From a virus (taxonomy: Duplodnaviria > Caudoviricetes), in IMG/VR virus record IMGVR_UViG_3300043567_000723: 64,000 bases of DNA, one strand, 5' to 3'. Both the position numbers and the translations under genes were made by a program. The notes under the pieces are model-generated. The model was not told where the DNA came from. It searched no databases and worked only from the letters and a program-made list of their open reading frames with translations. Of the stretch, positions 1 to 9,895 are shown piece by piece (positions within the stretch are counted from its first letter, which is position 1; each line of letters starts with the position of its first letter).

Positions 1-2
1 TT

Positions 3-818
3 AAAGCGCTCAATGCCCTTGTGCAGGTGCCGAAAAAATATCCCGACGGCGCCGCGCATGCGCAAGCCGACGGCCGGGTGCAAGAAATCCGTCCGGCTCC
101 GCAGGGCGGCCACTATGTGCAGATTAATGGGCAAGATCACTATGTTCCGACCGAGAGAGCATTATCAGTTAAAAAAGGCGATGATCTTGAAGCTGGCGAC
201 GTACTATCTGACGGTATGCCCAACCCGTCAGAGATCGTAAAGCACAAAGGCATCGGCGAGGGTCGGCGTTATTTTGTGCAAGCCATGCGGCAGGTAATGG
301 GCAATAGCGGGATTACAGCTCACCGCCGAAACATTGAATTATTGTCGCGCGGCCTTGTAAACCATGTCCGGCTGACCGACGAATATGGCGATTACTCGCC
401 GGACGACATTGTGCCGTACTCTTCGTTAGAGCGAAATTGGACGCCGCGCGACGGAAGCGTGTCAGCGGCGCCGCAGACATTAACCGGGCACTATCTCGAA
501 AAACCGGTTTTACACTATTCAATCGGCACGAAGATCGGTAAAAACGTGCTAACGAACTTGAACAAATACGGCATTAAAAATATTCAAGCCCACAAAGAAC
601 CGCCGCCGTTTCAGCCGGAAATGGTGCGGGGTATGGCCAATATTTCAAATGACCCGGATTGGATGACGCGCATGCTTGGGTCGTACCAAGAAAAAGGTTT
701 AATGAATAGCGTTCACCGCAACTTATCCAGCGACGCCGCCGGCAGCAGTTATGTGCCTGCTTTAGCGCAAGGTGAGCAGTTTGGCGTAACCGGCACGACA
801 AGCGGGTGGAAGCCTTGA
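3..818 (+). CDS. rpoC: Phage DNA-directed RNA polymerase beta-prime subunit, C-terminal part (5'-partial)
   Basis: Frame is open from the window start (KALNALVQVP...). It contains the beta-prime C-terminal signature VKKGDDLEAGDVLSDGMPNP...RRYFVQAMRQVM...HRRNIELLSR (cf. bacterial V..GD.V..G..L.DG...P..IL...Y.V..VQ.VY...I..KHIEVIVR). Confidence 0.85.
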   Translation, partial: KALNALVQVPKKYPDGAAHAQADGRVQEIRPAPQGGHYVQINGQDHYVPTERALSVKKGDDLEAGDVLSDGMPNPSEIVKHKGIGEGRRYFVQAMRQVMGNSGITAHRRNIELLSRGLVNHVRLTDEYGDYSPDDIVPYSSLERNWTPRDGSVSAAPQTLTGHYLEKPVLHYSIGTKIGKNVLTNLNKYGIKNIQAHKEPPPFQPEMVRGMANISNDPDWMTRMLGSYQEKGLMNSVHRNLSSDAAGSSYVPALAQGEQFGVTGTTSGWKP

Positions 819-882
819 GCCGCTTTTTGTAGGATATAAGGACTTCGGCGCGGTAAATTATTGCCGTGTCATTATTTGTGCG

Positions 883-896
883 CAGCATGGAGGCTG
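883..896 (+). promoter_or_regulatory. SD in a CsrA-type hairpin CAGC-ATGGAG-GCTG, upstream of GTG 900
   Basis: 4-bp stem, ANGGAN hexaloop and CANGGANG core read directly from the sequence. Confidence 0.6.
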
Positions 897-899
897 GCC

Positions 900-3284
900 G
901 TGTATAACAAAAAAGCTAAAGAGTCGTCCGTTAAGCATCTGCTCAACGTCATGCGGTCCTATGACCGGACCCAGACTAAGTACGCTGATTTAGGCGGAAA
1001 AGGTGATGACACTTCTTTCGAGCAGTCGTTTAGCAATCTTGCGCACGCCTATCTCCGCGACTCAGCACCCAAGCTCCTTGACCACGAGATCGGTTTCCAG
1101 CTTCTCGACCGTAATCGCGAGAACACCAAGGCTGTCGGTGTATTTGCGTTTAAAGTTGGTTCGATGTGGCTGTACGCGCCCGTGTTCTTTTTAAACGGCG
1201 ACCTCAAGGGCCACGAACTGCTGTATATCAAGAATCAGGACATGTTCGTGCCGCTCAAGGAAAACTGGATTAACTATCTGATCAACCGCAAGCCCAACAT
1301 TCTTGGTAGCGGCGTCGAGCGCAATCTGTCTAATCTCGGCCAGCGCCAGCCTGACTTTACGCAACTCTCTCGTAGCCCGTCGAAGTTTGGTTCGGCGAAA
1401 CCCACGCTTAAAGAGATGATGACGGCCGCTATGCCGGCGTTCGCCAAGAGCGCCACATTAAATACACAACAAACCTTCGCTGAACTCGGTGAAGCGTTAA
1501 ACCTGAAAACGTTCTTAAAGCAGGCTGGTTTAGACGTAATCGGCTCGTTAATTAAAATGTGCCAGTACGCGCCGCAGGTAGCCAACGCAATCGACGAGTT
1601 TCACGGTTTAGATATCATCAAAGAAGCAATGGCTGCTGCCAAGCTTCGCGAAGCCGCCTCGACTACCAAAGTTGCCAGCGTACTGTCGGAAGCACCTAAG
1701 ACGCCCGAAGCGGCCAAGGGTCTCAAGGTCATCGCGTATGACGCTACAGTTCAGACCAAACTGCCGGCTGGTCATACAGAAGAAGATCAAGAGAAGTTAC
1801 TGCGCGACGGTGTGCTGATCCAAGACCAACGCGACCGCGACAATGTCTCGATCCCTTACAACATTCAGGTCGAGAAAAAGCTGTTCAATCCGACCGAAAG
1901 CGGCCTGTACGAGATCCTCGTCAAGCCCGGCGATATTGAGCGCTGCTACGTGGCTGTGCACCCGCAAGGCGCTGCCAAGCGCGAGAACTTCATTACTGTT
2001 GTGCGCACAGACGGCAAGCCTGACTGGCTTAATACCCGCGCTGACCAAGTGTTTGCGCTGTCGCGCGTTGAGGGCGAAGAGTTTGACAAGTGGTTCGACG
2101 CCCTGCCCGAAGCCAACAGCGTGCCCAGCAAAGACGCGCGGTATATCGCACTTAGCAAGCGCGGTGACTGTACGGCTCCGTTCCGCGTTATTCGCGAGTA
2201 CGGCAAGTCGGAGCACGACATGCAGTGCTACGAAGTGCATCTTGAAGATCACTCGAAGTATCCGCCCAAGGGCAGCATTTGCGGTAGCTGCTATACAGAC
2301 CCTCTGAACTATGACAAGTGGCGTGACGGTGTTCGCATTCACCTGAACGGTAAGAAGGGTTCCAGCCTGCGCGCGAGCATGGGCGACATCTTCGTGCCGG
2401 AAGGTTTCAAGCTCCTCAAGGTGAGCAAGGGCGCAGACGATGAGGACACGGTTAAAGATCAGGACGCATGTGGTTGCGGCGAGAGTGATCCGCCGGCCCT
2501 GCAGCCCGGCAACCTCGTTGACGCGCAACTGGCGCTGATGGGCAAGACTGCCGCCTTAACTGTGTACCACAACGGCACAGAGGTCAGCATTAACAAAGAA
2601 GCCAGCCTAAGCCCCATCAAGGCGCTGGTCACACTTGTTGAGCACCACGGCCTGCGTGAAGAAGCTGCCCGCGAGATCTTAAAGCAAGCGTCTGCCAAGA
2701 AGAAGTTTGAGTGCCGCGTGAAGTACGCCGATCCGTACGGCGGCGCAATGCTCGTCAACAGCGCCCCGAACGCCCCGACAGATCCGGGCCCGGTTATGGG
2801 CGGCGAAAGCATCATGGGCACCAGCGTTCCGACCCAGCTCGGTATTGACGTTGGTCTGCCTGTGTCTGGCATGAGCGCGAGCAACACAGACCGCAGTGTT
2901 TACAACCCCAACACGCAGTTTGATAAGCGAGACGTGCGGTCTATCGTTGACGCCGCGCAGAGCGGCCAGCGCGAAGTATTTGACACGGCCATGGTGGGCA
3001 CAATGTTGCGCGCTGTACGTGACGACTCGCTGGTTGACCGGTATATGGGCGAGCTGACCAAGGGGTTAGACAAACTTGGCCGCATTTTATTTATGTTTTA
3101 CTGGCACGGCGATCGGTTTGCTGAGCGTTATGGCAAGTCCGACATGCCGGAACTAGAAGATTCGCTGCGCAACGCGTTTGAAATGCTCGGCGACGTTATT
3201 CTGTTCCTCAAGCAGAAAACAATTGAACCGTATCCCGAAGAGGCCGCGTCGGATATCGATCTTGGCGCTACCGCTAACGTTTAA
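900..3284 (+). CDS. Large conserved-looking phage protein, probably head-associated
   Basis: Long ORF; start moved to GTG 900 because GGAGG lies upstream. First gene of the head module, with several K-x-A motifs (TKYA, AKSA, LKQA, VKYA). Confidence 0.6.
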   Translation: MYNKKAKESSVKHLLNVMRSYDRTQTKYADLGGKGDDTSFEQSFSNLAHAYLRDSAPKLLDHEIGFQLLDRNRENTKAVGVFAFKVGSMWLYAPVFFLNGDLKGHELLYIKNQDMFVPLKENWINYLINRKPNILGSGVERNLSNLGQRQPDFTQLSRSPSKFGSAKPTLKEMMTAAMPAFAKSATLNTQQTFAELGEALNLKTFLKQAGLDVIGSLIKMCQYAPQVANAIDEFHGLDIIKEAMAAAKLREAASTTKVASVLSEAPKTPEAAKGLKVIAYDATVQTKLPAGHTEEDQEKLLRDGVLIQDQRDRDNVSIPYNIQVEKKLFNPTESGLYEILVKPGDIERCYVAVHPQGAAKRENFITVVRTDGKPDWLNTRADQVFALSRVEGEEFDKWFDALPEANSVPSKDARYIALSKRGDCTAPFRVIREYGKSEHDMQCYEVHLEDHSKYPPKGSICGSCYTDPLNYDKWRDGVRIHLNGKKGSSLRASMGDIFVPEGFKLLKVSKGADDEDTVKDQDACGCGESDPPALQPGNLVDAQLALMGKTAALTVYHNGTEVSINKEASLSPIKALVTLVEHHGLREEAAREILKQASAKKKFECRVKYADPYGGAMLVNSAPNAPTDPGPVMGGESIMGTSVPTQLGIDVGLPVSGMSASNTDRSVYNPNTQFDKRDVRSIVDAAQSGQREVFDTAMVGTMLRAVRDDSLVDRYMGELTKGLDKLGRILFMFYWHGDRFAERYGKSDMPELEDSLRNAFEMLGDVILFLKQKTIEPYPEEAASDIDLGATANV

Positions 3285-3293
3285 AGGTGAATT

Positions 3294-3677
3294 ATGCCTA
3301 GTACAGTTTGGTCCGGTAGTGTTTCGTTTACAGCCACCGGCAGCCAGTCGAACACAATCGCTGTACCGATGCCGCACCGCGCGACATTGCGCGGCTACAG
3401 CCTCGTCGAGTCGGCGGGTGGCGCAACTGGCAATTTTACGGCTGCGCTGTACACCAGCAAACAAGACACGGCACCGAACAACACGCTTCCGGCCGACTCT
3501 TTTAAATTAATGTCGTTTGACCAGACCGCAGCGTCTAATAACAATCTGAACTTGTCGTACGTTAATCGCGACGGAACGCCAACAAATCCGCAGCGTTATC
3601 TCTACCTCAAAATCACACCGGCTGCGACAAAAACGCTGGTGTTTTCTGTAACCGTCGATACCCCGACGCTTCGATAA
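3294..3677 (+). CDS. Hypothetical protein (127 aa), beta-rich, possibly structural
   Basis: ORF tightly packed in the operon, with AAGGTG SD upstream. Confidence 0.6.
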   Translation: MPSTVWSGSVSFTATGSQSNTIAVPMPHRATLRGYSLVESAGGATGNFTAALYTSKQDTAPNNTLPADSFKLMSFDQTAASNNNLNLSYVNRDGTPTNPQRYLYLKITPAATKTLVFSVTVDTPTLR

Positions 3678-4625
3678 ATGAATAACACGTTGCGTGATAG
3701 CCCGCGTCGTGCTCCGCACTGGCGCTGGCTGCGTGCTGTTGAAATCGACGGCGGTGGTTTTCGCGCGTCCCGGAATATTGACGGGCCCGATGGTTTTATC
3801 TGGATTCGCCGCGCCCTAAAACTCAAGCGGCATTTTGAGCGAGCTAATAACAGGCCGCAGGCGGTATACGCGCTGCTGTACCGAGACCGCGACCTGTTCT
3901 GGGCGCATGCGATTTGGAGCGAAGATAAGTCGCCAACGCGCTGGGCAATAGAGGCGCGTATTTTAGCTGGCCAGACAGACGAAGAAATTGCGCAAAAAGC
4001 TGGCACAGAACCGGGCGTCATCGCAGCTTACGCAAATACATTTTTCGACGTACGCGATAAATTAGATCGCATGGATTACGTCCAAAACGTAGTTATGGCT
4101 GACGCCGTAACGCGTGGGCTACAGGAGCGGCACTATGACCTGCTCTGGAAATTGCTCGGTTTTCGCGGCGGTCCTCACGTAATTGATGCAGTAATTAATA
4201 AGTTTCCAAACGTGAATCGCCCAGAAAACGCGGACGGTGTTTCTGGCTATTTTCAAGATATGGCGATCAGTAGCATGAAATATAAGGCCGCCATAGCCAG
4301 TTTGAGCGTTCCAATTAATACACATACACAGTTACCATTGCTCGATTCTTTTGTAAAATATGTAGAAATCGAGCGGACGACGGATAGTACCAGCAAGGCA
4401 CACGCAACGATTGTCGAAAATATCGGCGCGATGTTATCTGCACTTCCGTTCAAAGTGGGTACAAAACTGGATTCGGCAGCTATAAAAATGTTACCTTACG
4501 ATAACGGGGCTGCCGAGTTACGAAACGATGAAATGATGATTGTGGCTACTGGCGGCTCGCTGGATAATCAAACGATCATCCAAGCACTGCATTACCCGGA
4601 GAATACCGATGCGGGCACTAAGTAA
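3678..4625 (+). CDS. Hypothetical protein (315 aa) with possible HTH-like segment
   Basis: Abuts the upstream stop. The segment ARILAGQTDEEIAQKAGTEPGVIAAY resembles an HTH. Confidence 0.55.
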   Translation: MNNTLRDSPRRAPHWRWLRAVEIDGGGFRASRNIDGPDGFIWIRRALKLKRHFERANNRPQAVYALLYRDRDLFWAHAIWSEDKSPTRWAIEARILAGQTDEEIAQKAGTEPGVIAAYANTFFDVRDKLDRMDYVQNVVMADAVTRGLQERHYDLLWKLLGFRGGPHVIDAVINKFPNVNRPENADGVSGYFQDMAISSMKYKAAIASLSVPINTHTQLPLLDSFVKYVEIERTTDSTSKAHATIVENIGAMLSALPFKVGTKLDSAAIKMLPYDNGAAELRNDEMMIVATGGSLDNQTIIQALHYPENTDAGTK

Positions 4626-5994
4626 AGAAGCTGAGCAAAAATTAATTAGCGCTATTGAACGCGCGGCCTCCCTTGTTAACGATGGCGCCAACCCAAACGA
4701 CGCCATTGTTAAAAGCGCTTCGGACGCTAACATCCCAGCCGGGCACATTAATCTTATGGTGCACGCCTACAACACTGGCCGTACCACGAAGCAGCGCGAG
4801 CAGGGTTCTAATCCGCTAGAGAAAGCAGCAGACTTTCAATTAGCAAATGCAGATACCGTTATGGCGCGCTTATATCCGCAACAAGTCAAGACATCGGCAG
4901 AACTGACGCAGTCGTCTGTTGTGTCGGCTGAGTACGCTATATCGCCGCGCGGTTTCATCGGCCGCCGAAACGCTGAGATGCAGAAAGCTGCCGCCGCTCA
5001 GTCGATTCTCCCGGAAAAGACTTTCGTACCAGCACCCCGCGACGATCATTCAGCCGCCCGTCGTGCTTACAGCCAGCAAGTTGCCGAAAAGCGTGCGGCT
5101 GAAGAACTTCGTCGGCAAGCAACCGCGGCGCATATGAAAGCTGCCGCGGCCATGGAAGATCTTTGTCATTACTTTCGTGTACCCGGCAGCATGGCGTTTA
5201 ACGACGCTGTTCGCGAGGTCGGTTTGCGGCTTGGTGACATCGGCGTCTCAACACTCAAGAAAGCCGCTGCTGTATACCCGCAGTTAGAGAAACAAGCCGC
5301 CACGAACGAGAACTTTTTCGGTAATTTGCCCGTGGTCACGCTTGTTGAGGACGTTATTCGCGCCGTTGGTTCGTATAACGACGCGCAAAGCAAAATTGCC
5401 GCAACGCAAACCAAGGCAGCTGAATTCGGTAAGAAAGAAGTACCAGAAATTATTACAGGTTCGATCCTGCATGACCCCAAGACAGCTCCGCTAGCTTTAA
5501 AAGTGGCTGCTGTTGTCGGTAAAGGAAAAAAAAAACCTGATAGTCCAGAACCTGCCCCGTTAGGCTCGTATAGCGGCGTGTTATCGCACATGGGCAAAAT
5601 TATGGGTCCCGGCGCTGCTATTGCTAAAAGCGAAACAGACAGCGACCCGACGCGGCAAAAAGCCAAAGCGTTTATGAGCATGTCTGACGCCGACCACGAA
5701 AATAAACTTCAGCAGATTAAATCGCGCGGCGTGTTAAATGATCTCATCCTGAACGACCCTGTAATCTCTGGTTATGACCCGCACGAAGTAGCTTCTGCTT
5801 ATAATCAGATCGCCGAAATGGCTCCTAACTTTACCGGACAAAGCGCGGCTATGCAGGCGTTACTTCGCAAACGGTTAGAGGCGGGTCAGCTGGCTGATTT
5901 TGACGTAAAGCAAATGATTGAAATGGAAAAACTGCGCGCTGAGAGTTTAAAGTCAAATCTTGAAGCGCAGCAAAAAGCTCGTGAACTCCTGTAG
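4609..5994 (+). CDS. Ala-rich putative inner-head protein
   Basis: ATG 4609 (MRALSKEA) overlaps the upstream gene end. Helical and Ala-rich, with many K-x-A motifs (EKAA, QKAA, EKQA, TKAA). Confidence 0.55.
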   Translation: MRALSKEAEQKLISAIERAASLVNDGANPNDAIVKSASDANIPAGHINLMVHAYNTGRTTKQREQGSNPLEKAADFQLANADTVMARLYPQQVKTSAELTQSSVVSAEYAISPRGFIGRRNAEMQKAAAAQSILPEKTFVPAPRDDHSAARRAYSQQVAEKRAAEELRRQATAAHMKAAAAMEDLCHYFRVPGSMAFNDAVREVGLRLGDIGVSTLKKAAAVYPQLEKQAATNENFFGNLPVVTLVEDVIRAVGSYNDAQSKIAATQTKAAEFGKKEVPEIITGSILHDPKTAPLALKVAAVVGKGKKKPDSPEPAPLGSYSGVLSHMGKIMGPGAAIAKSETDSDPTRQKAKAFMSMSDADHENKLQQIKSRGVLNDLILNDPVISGYDPHEVASAYNQIAEMAPNFTGQSAAMQALLRKRLEAGQLADFDVKQMIEMEKLRAESLKSNLEAQQKARELL

Positions 5995-6002
5995 GACTTA
6001 GC

Positions 6003-6983
6003 ATGAACAACACCGAAGCAAAAGAACTTGCGCGCGGCTTGTCCGGTGTGGCGCTACGCGAGCCGAATGACGCCATGAGCAAAGTGGCTGCAGCCGTTGT
6101 TGACTTACAGTTCAAACAAGCCGCGATTGATCTGCAGCAAATCATCAGCAGCCCGTATACGCAGAATGCTTTACTGGGCGCTGGCGCTGGTGGTTTAATC
6201 GGCGCGCTGCAGGGTAAAAAGAAACGCCGCGCCGTGCTTGATTACGCCTTAATGGGCGGCTTGGGTGGTCTTGGCGCTACCGCAGCAAAAGAAATGTTAT
6301 TAAAACCCGCGACGCCACCCCCGGCCGTTGCTGCAGCCAAATACGATAACAACCCGGTTGGGGCTGCGACTGGCTTGGCTGCTGCTGGCGCTGGTGCCTA
6401 CGGCGGTCGTCAGGTTGCAAACGCAATTGACTCGCACGGCAAACTCAACAGGCTTCTGGGCGCTGATTCGGCAATCGCTAAACAACTACAGCCGACCATC
6501 GACAGCCTGCGCTCTACGAACGGCGCAACAAAAATCACTGAGAACCTTACGGATCATTTGCGGGCTGCGCAGCTTGCTGGTAACCCGTCGCTTGCAACAC
6601 GGCTGCAGTCGTTAGCTCGCGGGAATGACCACATGCCACGTGACGTCGGCCTGCACCTTGAAAATGCCGGTATGACAACGCCATCTTCTGTGGCCGGTCG
6701 CGTGCAATCAGCTCGCGGCGCAGCTCGTGGCAACTTTTTAGGTGGCCTCTTCGGTCGCAACACGGACGACGTCGCTAACTCGATGGCAGCGATTGCCGCC
6801 GAGCCGGCTTCTGGCGTCGGTCGCGCTGGCCGCGGATTAACCGGTTCTCAGTTGCAGCAGGCGCTGCGGCGGTTACCGCGTCGTGGAGGCGCTCTCGTCG
6901 GTCTCGGTTTACCCGTATTAGGTGCGCTGGCCGGTCCAGCGCTTTTAAACAGTTTTAGCAGCGGCGCTGCCGCGGGTGAGTAA
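6003..6983 (+). CDS. Gly/Ala-rich protein with glycine-zipper segments (possible inner-core/ejection protein)
   Basis: GAGAGGLIGAL, GGLGGLGA, GLAAAGAGAYGG and a hydrophobic C-terminal GLGLPVLGALAG. Confidence 0.5.
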   Translation: MNNTEAKELARGLSGVALREPNDAMSKVAAAVVDLQFKQAAIDLQQIISSPYTQNALLGAGAGGLIGALQGKKKRRAVLDYALMGGLGGLGATAAKEMLLKPATPPPAVAAAKYDNNPVGAATGLAAAGAGAYGGRQVANAIDSHGKLNRLLGADSAIAKQLQPTIDSLRSTNGATKITENLTDHLRAAQLAGNPSLATRLQSLARGNDHMPRDVGLHLENAGMTTPSSVAGRVQSARGAARGNFLGGLFGRNTDDVANSMAAIAAEPASGVGRAGRGLTGSQLQQALRRLPRRGGALVGLGLPVLGALAGPALLNSFSSGAAAGE

Positions 6984-6985
6984 AC

Positions 6986-8452
6986 ATGAGCATGATCAAA
7001 GTTATTCAACCGCACTCGCAGGATTTCAGCGAGCCGGTCGCCGCGCTAATTAAGATATCTAGTCGCGGCATCATTGGCGCCGACAAGCAAGACCTTGTAA
7101 AACGCGCCGGCGCTGAATTTGCGCACAAACTTGAAAACATCAAGTTTGCCAAAGATGAGATCCCGGTTCACATGATCGCCATCGGGGCTACGGAAGATTA
7201 CGGCCCCAACCGCAACGGCGACGGGTTTAGCCGCGAATGCTGCCAAAACTATCACAACACATTTGAAAAGTACGCCCGTTTTTACCGGGATCACGCCAAT
7301 AAAAATCCGGCAAAAAGTTTCGGCATTGTAAAAGCCAGCGCCTACCACGAGCCGATGCGCCGTATTGAGCTAGTTGTAGCTTTAAACGGCTCTAAAGAAG
7401 CCGCTGATCGTAACGGTGGTTTAATTGCCGATAAGGAAATGGAAAAGCTGGCAAACGACAAAGACATCGCCGTTTCCATGGCCTGCAAGATCCCGTTTGA
7501 TAAGTGCTCTTCCTGCGGCAACACGGCCAAGACACGGGCCGAATACTGTGACGCTGTAGAAAACGGCGGGCACTGCAAGGCTGGCGGTTTACGGCGCAAT
7601 ATCGGGCGCGTTCTAGACGACGGCCACGTACTGCACGCCGATAACCCCAATCCTAGCTTTTTTGATATTTCGCACGTTTTCAGGCCTGCAGACCGCATTG
7701 CGTATGTTTTCGGCAAAGTCGCCGAACTGCAAAAGGCGGCTTCTGCGCACTGTATTTCCGGGGTAGAGCTGGCCGAGCAAATGGGGATTACTGCCCCGAT
7801 TGCCTTTGACGCTGGCGGTACCCCTAGTCGACGGGTGCAAACACAATTAGAGGCGTTAACACAATTAGCGCAGGCTGAGAAGTTAGCTGGTGACGGCGCT
7901 GCGTGGGCCCAGACCGCTCTCGCGTCTAATCCAGTTGTTCAACCGGCTATTGATGTAAATTGCTGCCCGTCTGTTAAAATGTCGGAAGTGTTGCGCGGAT
8001 TAACAGACGCCGGTGTAATCCTGCCTTTGCGGGACTTTCTGGCGTTGACAGTTAAATCAGCCAATGCGAAACTTGTTAGTGCAGTGGCCTACGCGCTGCC
8101 TAACATGTTCTCTAAAGTTGCAAACGATCCTGATGTCGTTGGGTTACTTGAGAACAACGTGTACTATCCAGCAAATGCCGCGTCGCCAAGCGTGCGGGTA
8201 TGGGCTGAAAAAGTAGCACACACACATAGCGTATTACCGAGCAATGTTGAAAAGCGGGCTTATTTAGCCGCTCTTCGCAACGCTCAACCCAGTGAGTTTT
8301 CAACAGATAAACAAGCAAGTGGAGAAGCAGAAACAGCTCTTGCGCAACATTACGCTTTGTATAAGATCGCTGCTTACGCCACAATCTGCGAGAAATATGG
8401 AAATCATTGGTTGACAACAAACCACTGTGTATTGCAAAATTATGTCACATGA
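6986..8452 (+). CDS. Putative prohead (capsid maturation) protease with Cys-rich metal-binding insert
   Basis: NRNGDGF, FYRDHANK (candidate His), VSMAC (candidate nucleophile Ser), CSSC...C...HC. Lies upstream of scaffold and capsid genes. Confidence 0.65.
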   Translation: MSMIKVIQPHSQDFSEPVAALIKISSRGIIGADKQDLVKRAGAEFAHKLENIKFAKDEIPVHMIAIGATEDYGPNRNGDGFSRECCQNYHNTFEKYARFYRDHANKNPAKSFGIVKASAYHEPMRRIELVVALNGSKEAADRNGGLIADKEMEKLANDKDIAVSMACKIPFDKCSSCGNTAKTRAEYCDAVENGGHCKAGGLRRNIGRVLDDGHVLHADNPNPSFFDISHVFRPADRIAYVFGKVAELQKAASAHCISGVELAEQMGITAPIAFDAGGTPSRRVQTQLEALTQLAQAEKLAGDGAAWAQTALASNPVVQPAIDVNCCPSVKMSEVLRGLTDAGVILPLRDFLALTVKSANAKLVSAVAYALPNMFSKVANDPDVVGLLENNVYYPANAASPSVRVWAEKVAHTHSVLPSNVEKRAYLAALRNAQPSEFSTDKQASGEAETALAQHYALYKIAAYATICEKYGNHWLTTNHCVLQNYVT

Positions 8453-8498
8453 ACGGAAGCTAATCGCTTAACACGATTAGACCCCAAAGGAGAAAGTC

Positions 8499-9878
8499 AT
8501 GGCACGGATGCAACGTTCACTGTTCGCTCAACTTAATGCTCTCGCCGAAGAGATCGCGCAGAGCCCCATCAAGTCGGCTGCTGATAAGTCGGCTTCTCCC
8601 GTGCCGGCTGATCCGGGTGGCTATCAGGGTGCGTCTTCGCATCCGACTACGACCGCCGACAACGGCGTCCAGAATGCTTCGACCGGTGCCCGTGCGTCTG
8701 AGTACGCCGCCGACATCAAGAAGCAGCAGGGCGCTCTTGCTGTAGACAACACACCTGAGCTTTCGCAAGAAGGTCGTCAAGACGAAGTTCAAACGAACAT
8801 TGGTCTTGCCGCTAAGGCGACTGGCGAAGATCCCGCCAATGAAAAAGATTTCAAGGGCACGAAAGATGATCCGGGTACTTCGTCGCCGGTTAAGGCCGAT
8901 GACGGCGAAAAGTATAGCACGGTAACTTTCAAAGAAGCCCGTGAGCGCGCTGGCAACCTCGGTAACGATATCCTCGCTAACCTCATCAACTTTGGTGTTA
9001 GCAATCTTCAAGGTGAGAAGGCCGCTGAAATGCCGGCTTTCCTCAAGGAGAAGATGGAAGGAAAAAAAGAGGAAGCCGGTGAATCCGCCAAGCACGAGGC
9101 CACTGAATCACCGGCTGCTGAAAAGGCCGAACACAGCGGCTTAAAGGGCGACCAGCACAAGCTCGACACCGACAACGACGGTAAGATCGAAGGTTCTGAT
9201 CTTGCTGCGCTTCGGAACGACAAGGCTGCTGCCTTCAAGGCTGGTTATGAACTTGCTGCGCATCTCGGTCTGAACAAAGAAGCTGCTGAAGCTTCTGTTC
9301 GCGACGTGTGCGCTAACACGCTTCGTGAAGCCGACGAGATGGCTGACCTGTTCATTGGCTTTGTAACTTCGAAGTCCGCTGCTGCTGATCCGACCGAAGA
9401 AGCTGCCGAAGGCGAAGATCACTCTGCCCCCGGCGACGCCGACTCGGGCATGGGTGACGCCCCGGCTGCCGCGCCTGCTGGCCTTGAGGCCATGATGGGT
9501 GGCGAGGGTGGTGCTCCTGATATGGCGCCCGAAGAGACCGCCGGCGGCGAGCCGTCGGAGGACGAGGCTGTGCAGGAACTTGCTATGGCGCTTCAAGAAC
9601 TCGGCATCCCGCCGGAAGCTCTTCTGCAAGCCCTGTCGCAAGGTGGCCAAGGTGGCGGTGACGCCGCTGGCGCTCCCGCGATGGAGCCGCCGATGGACCC
9701 GGCTATGGCCGGCGCTGACCCGAAGATGGCCGCGGCTAACGACCTTAACCTGATCGGTCACGCTGTTGTTAACTTTAAGCGCGCCGGTAAGTTTCAGATC
9801 AAAGAAGCCCGCACAAAGCGTTCGCGCGAACTGCGGGACATGATGAAACAGCACGTTCTTGAACTCGTAAACCGGTGA
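8499..9878 (+). CDS. Putative capsid scaffolding/prohead core protein
   Basis: Acidic, low-complexity and Ala/Pro/Glu-rich, between protease and capsid genes. Has the GDQHKLDTDNDGKIEGSDLAALR motif, many K-x-A motifs and a strong AAAGGAG SD. Confidence 0.6.
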   Translation: MARMQRSLFAQLNALAEEIAQSPIKSAADKSASPVPADPGGYQGASSHPTTTADNGVQNASTGARASEYAADIKKQQGALAVDNTPELSQEGRQDEVQTNIGLAAKATGEDPANEKDFKGTKDDPGTSSPVKADDGEKYSTVTFKEARERAGNLGNDILANLINFGVSNLQGEKAAEMPAFLKEKMEGKKEEAGESAKHEATESPAAEKAEHSGLKGDQHKLDTDNDGKIEGSDLAALRNDKAAAFKAGYELAAHLGLNKEAAEASVRDVCANTLREADEMADLFIGFVTSKSAAADPTEEAAEGEDHSAPGDADSGMGDAPAAAPAGLEAMMGGEGGAPDMAPEETAGGEPSEDEAVQELAMALQELGIPPEALLQALSQGGQGGGDAAGAPAMEPPMDPAMAGADPKMAAANDLNLIGHAVVNFKRAGKFQIKEARTKRSRELRDMMKQHVLELVNR

Positions 9879-9879
9879 T

Positions 9880-9891
9880 AACACGGAGGTT
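9880..9891 (+). promoter_or_regulatory. SD in a CsrA-type hairpin AAC-ACGGAG-GTT (ACACGGAGGT)
   Basis: Exact match to W-CANGGANG-W, 5 nt before ATG 9896. Confidence 0.6.
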
Positions 9892-9895
9892 TTTA

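Noticed and set aside
900-8452. Portal or terminase in the head module
   Set aside because: No Walker A/B, RNase H-like nuclease or portal pattern was recognised; these genes probably lie outside the window.
8460-8480. CTAATCG/CGATTAG hairpin before the scaffold gene
   Set aside because: A single 7-bp stem without U-tract or GGA loop; too little to assign a function.
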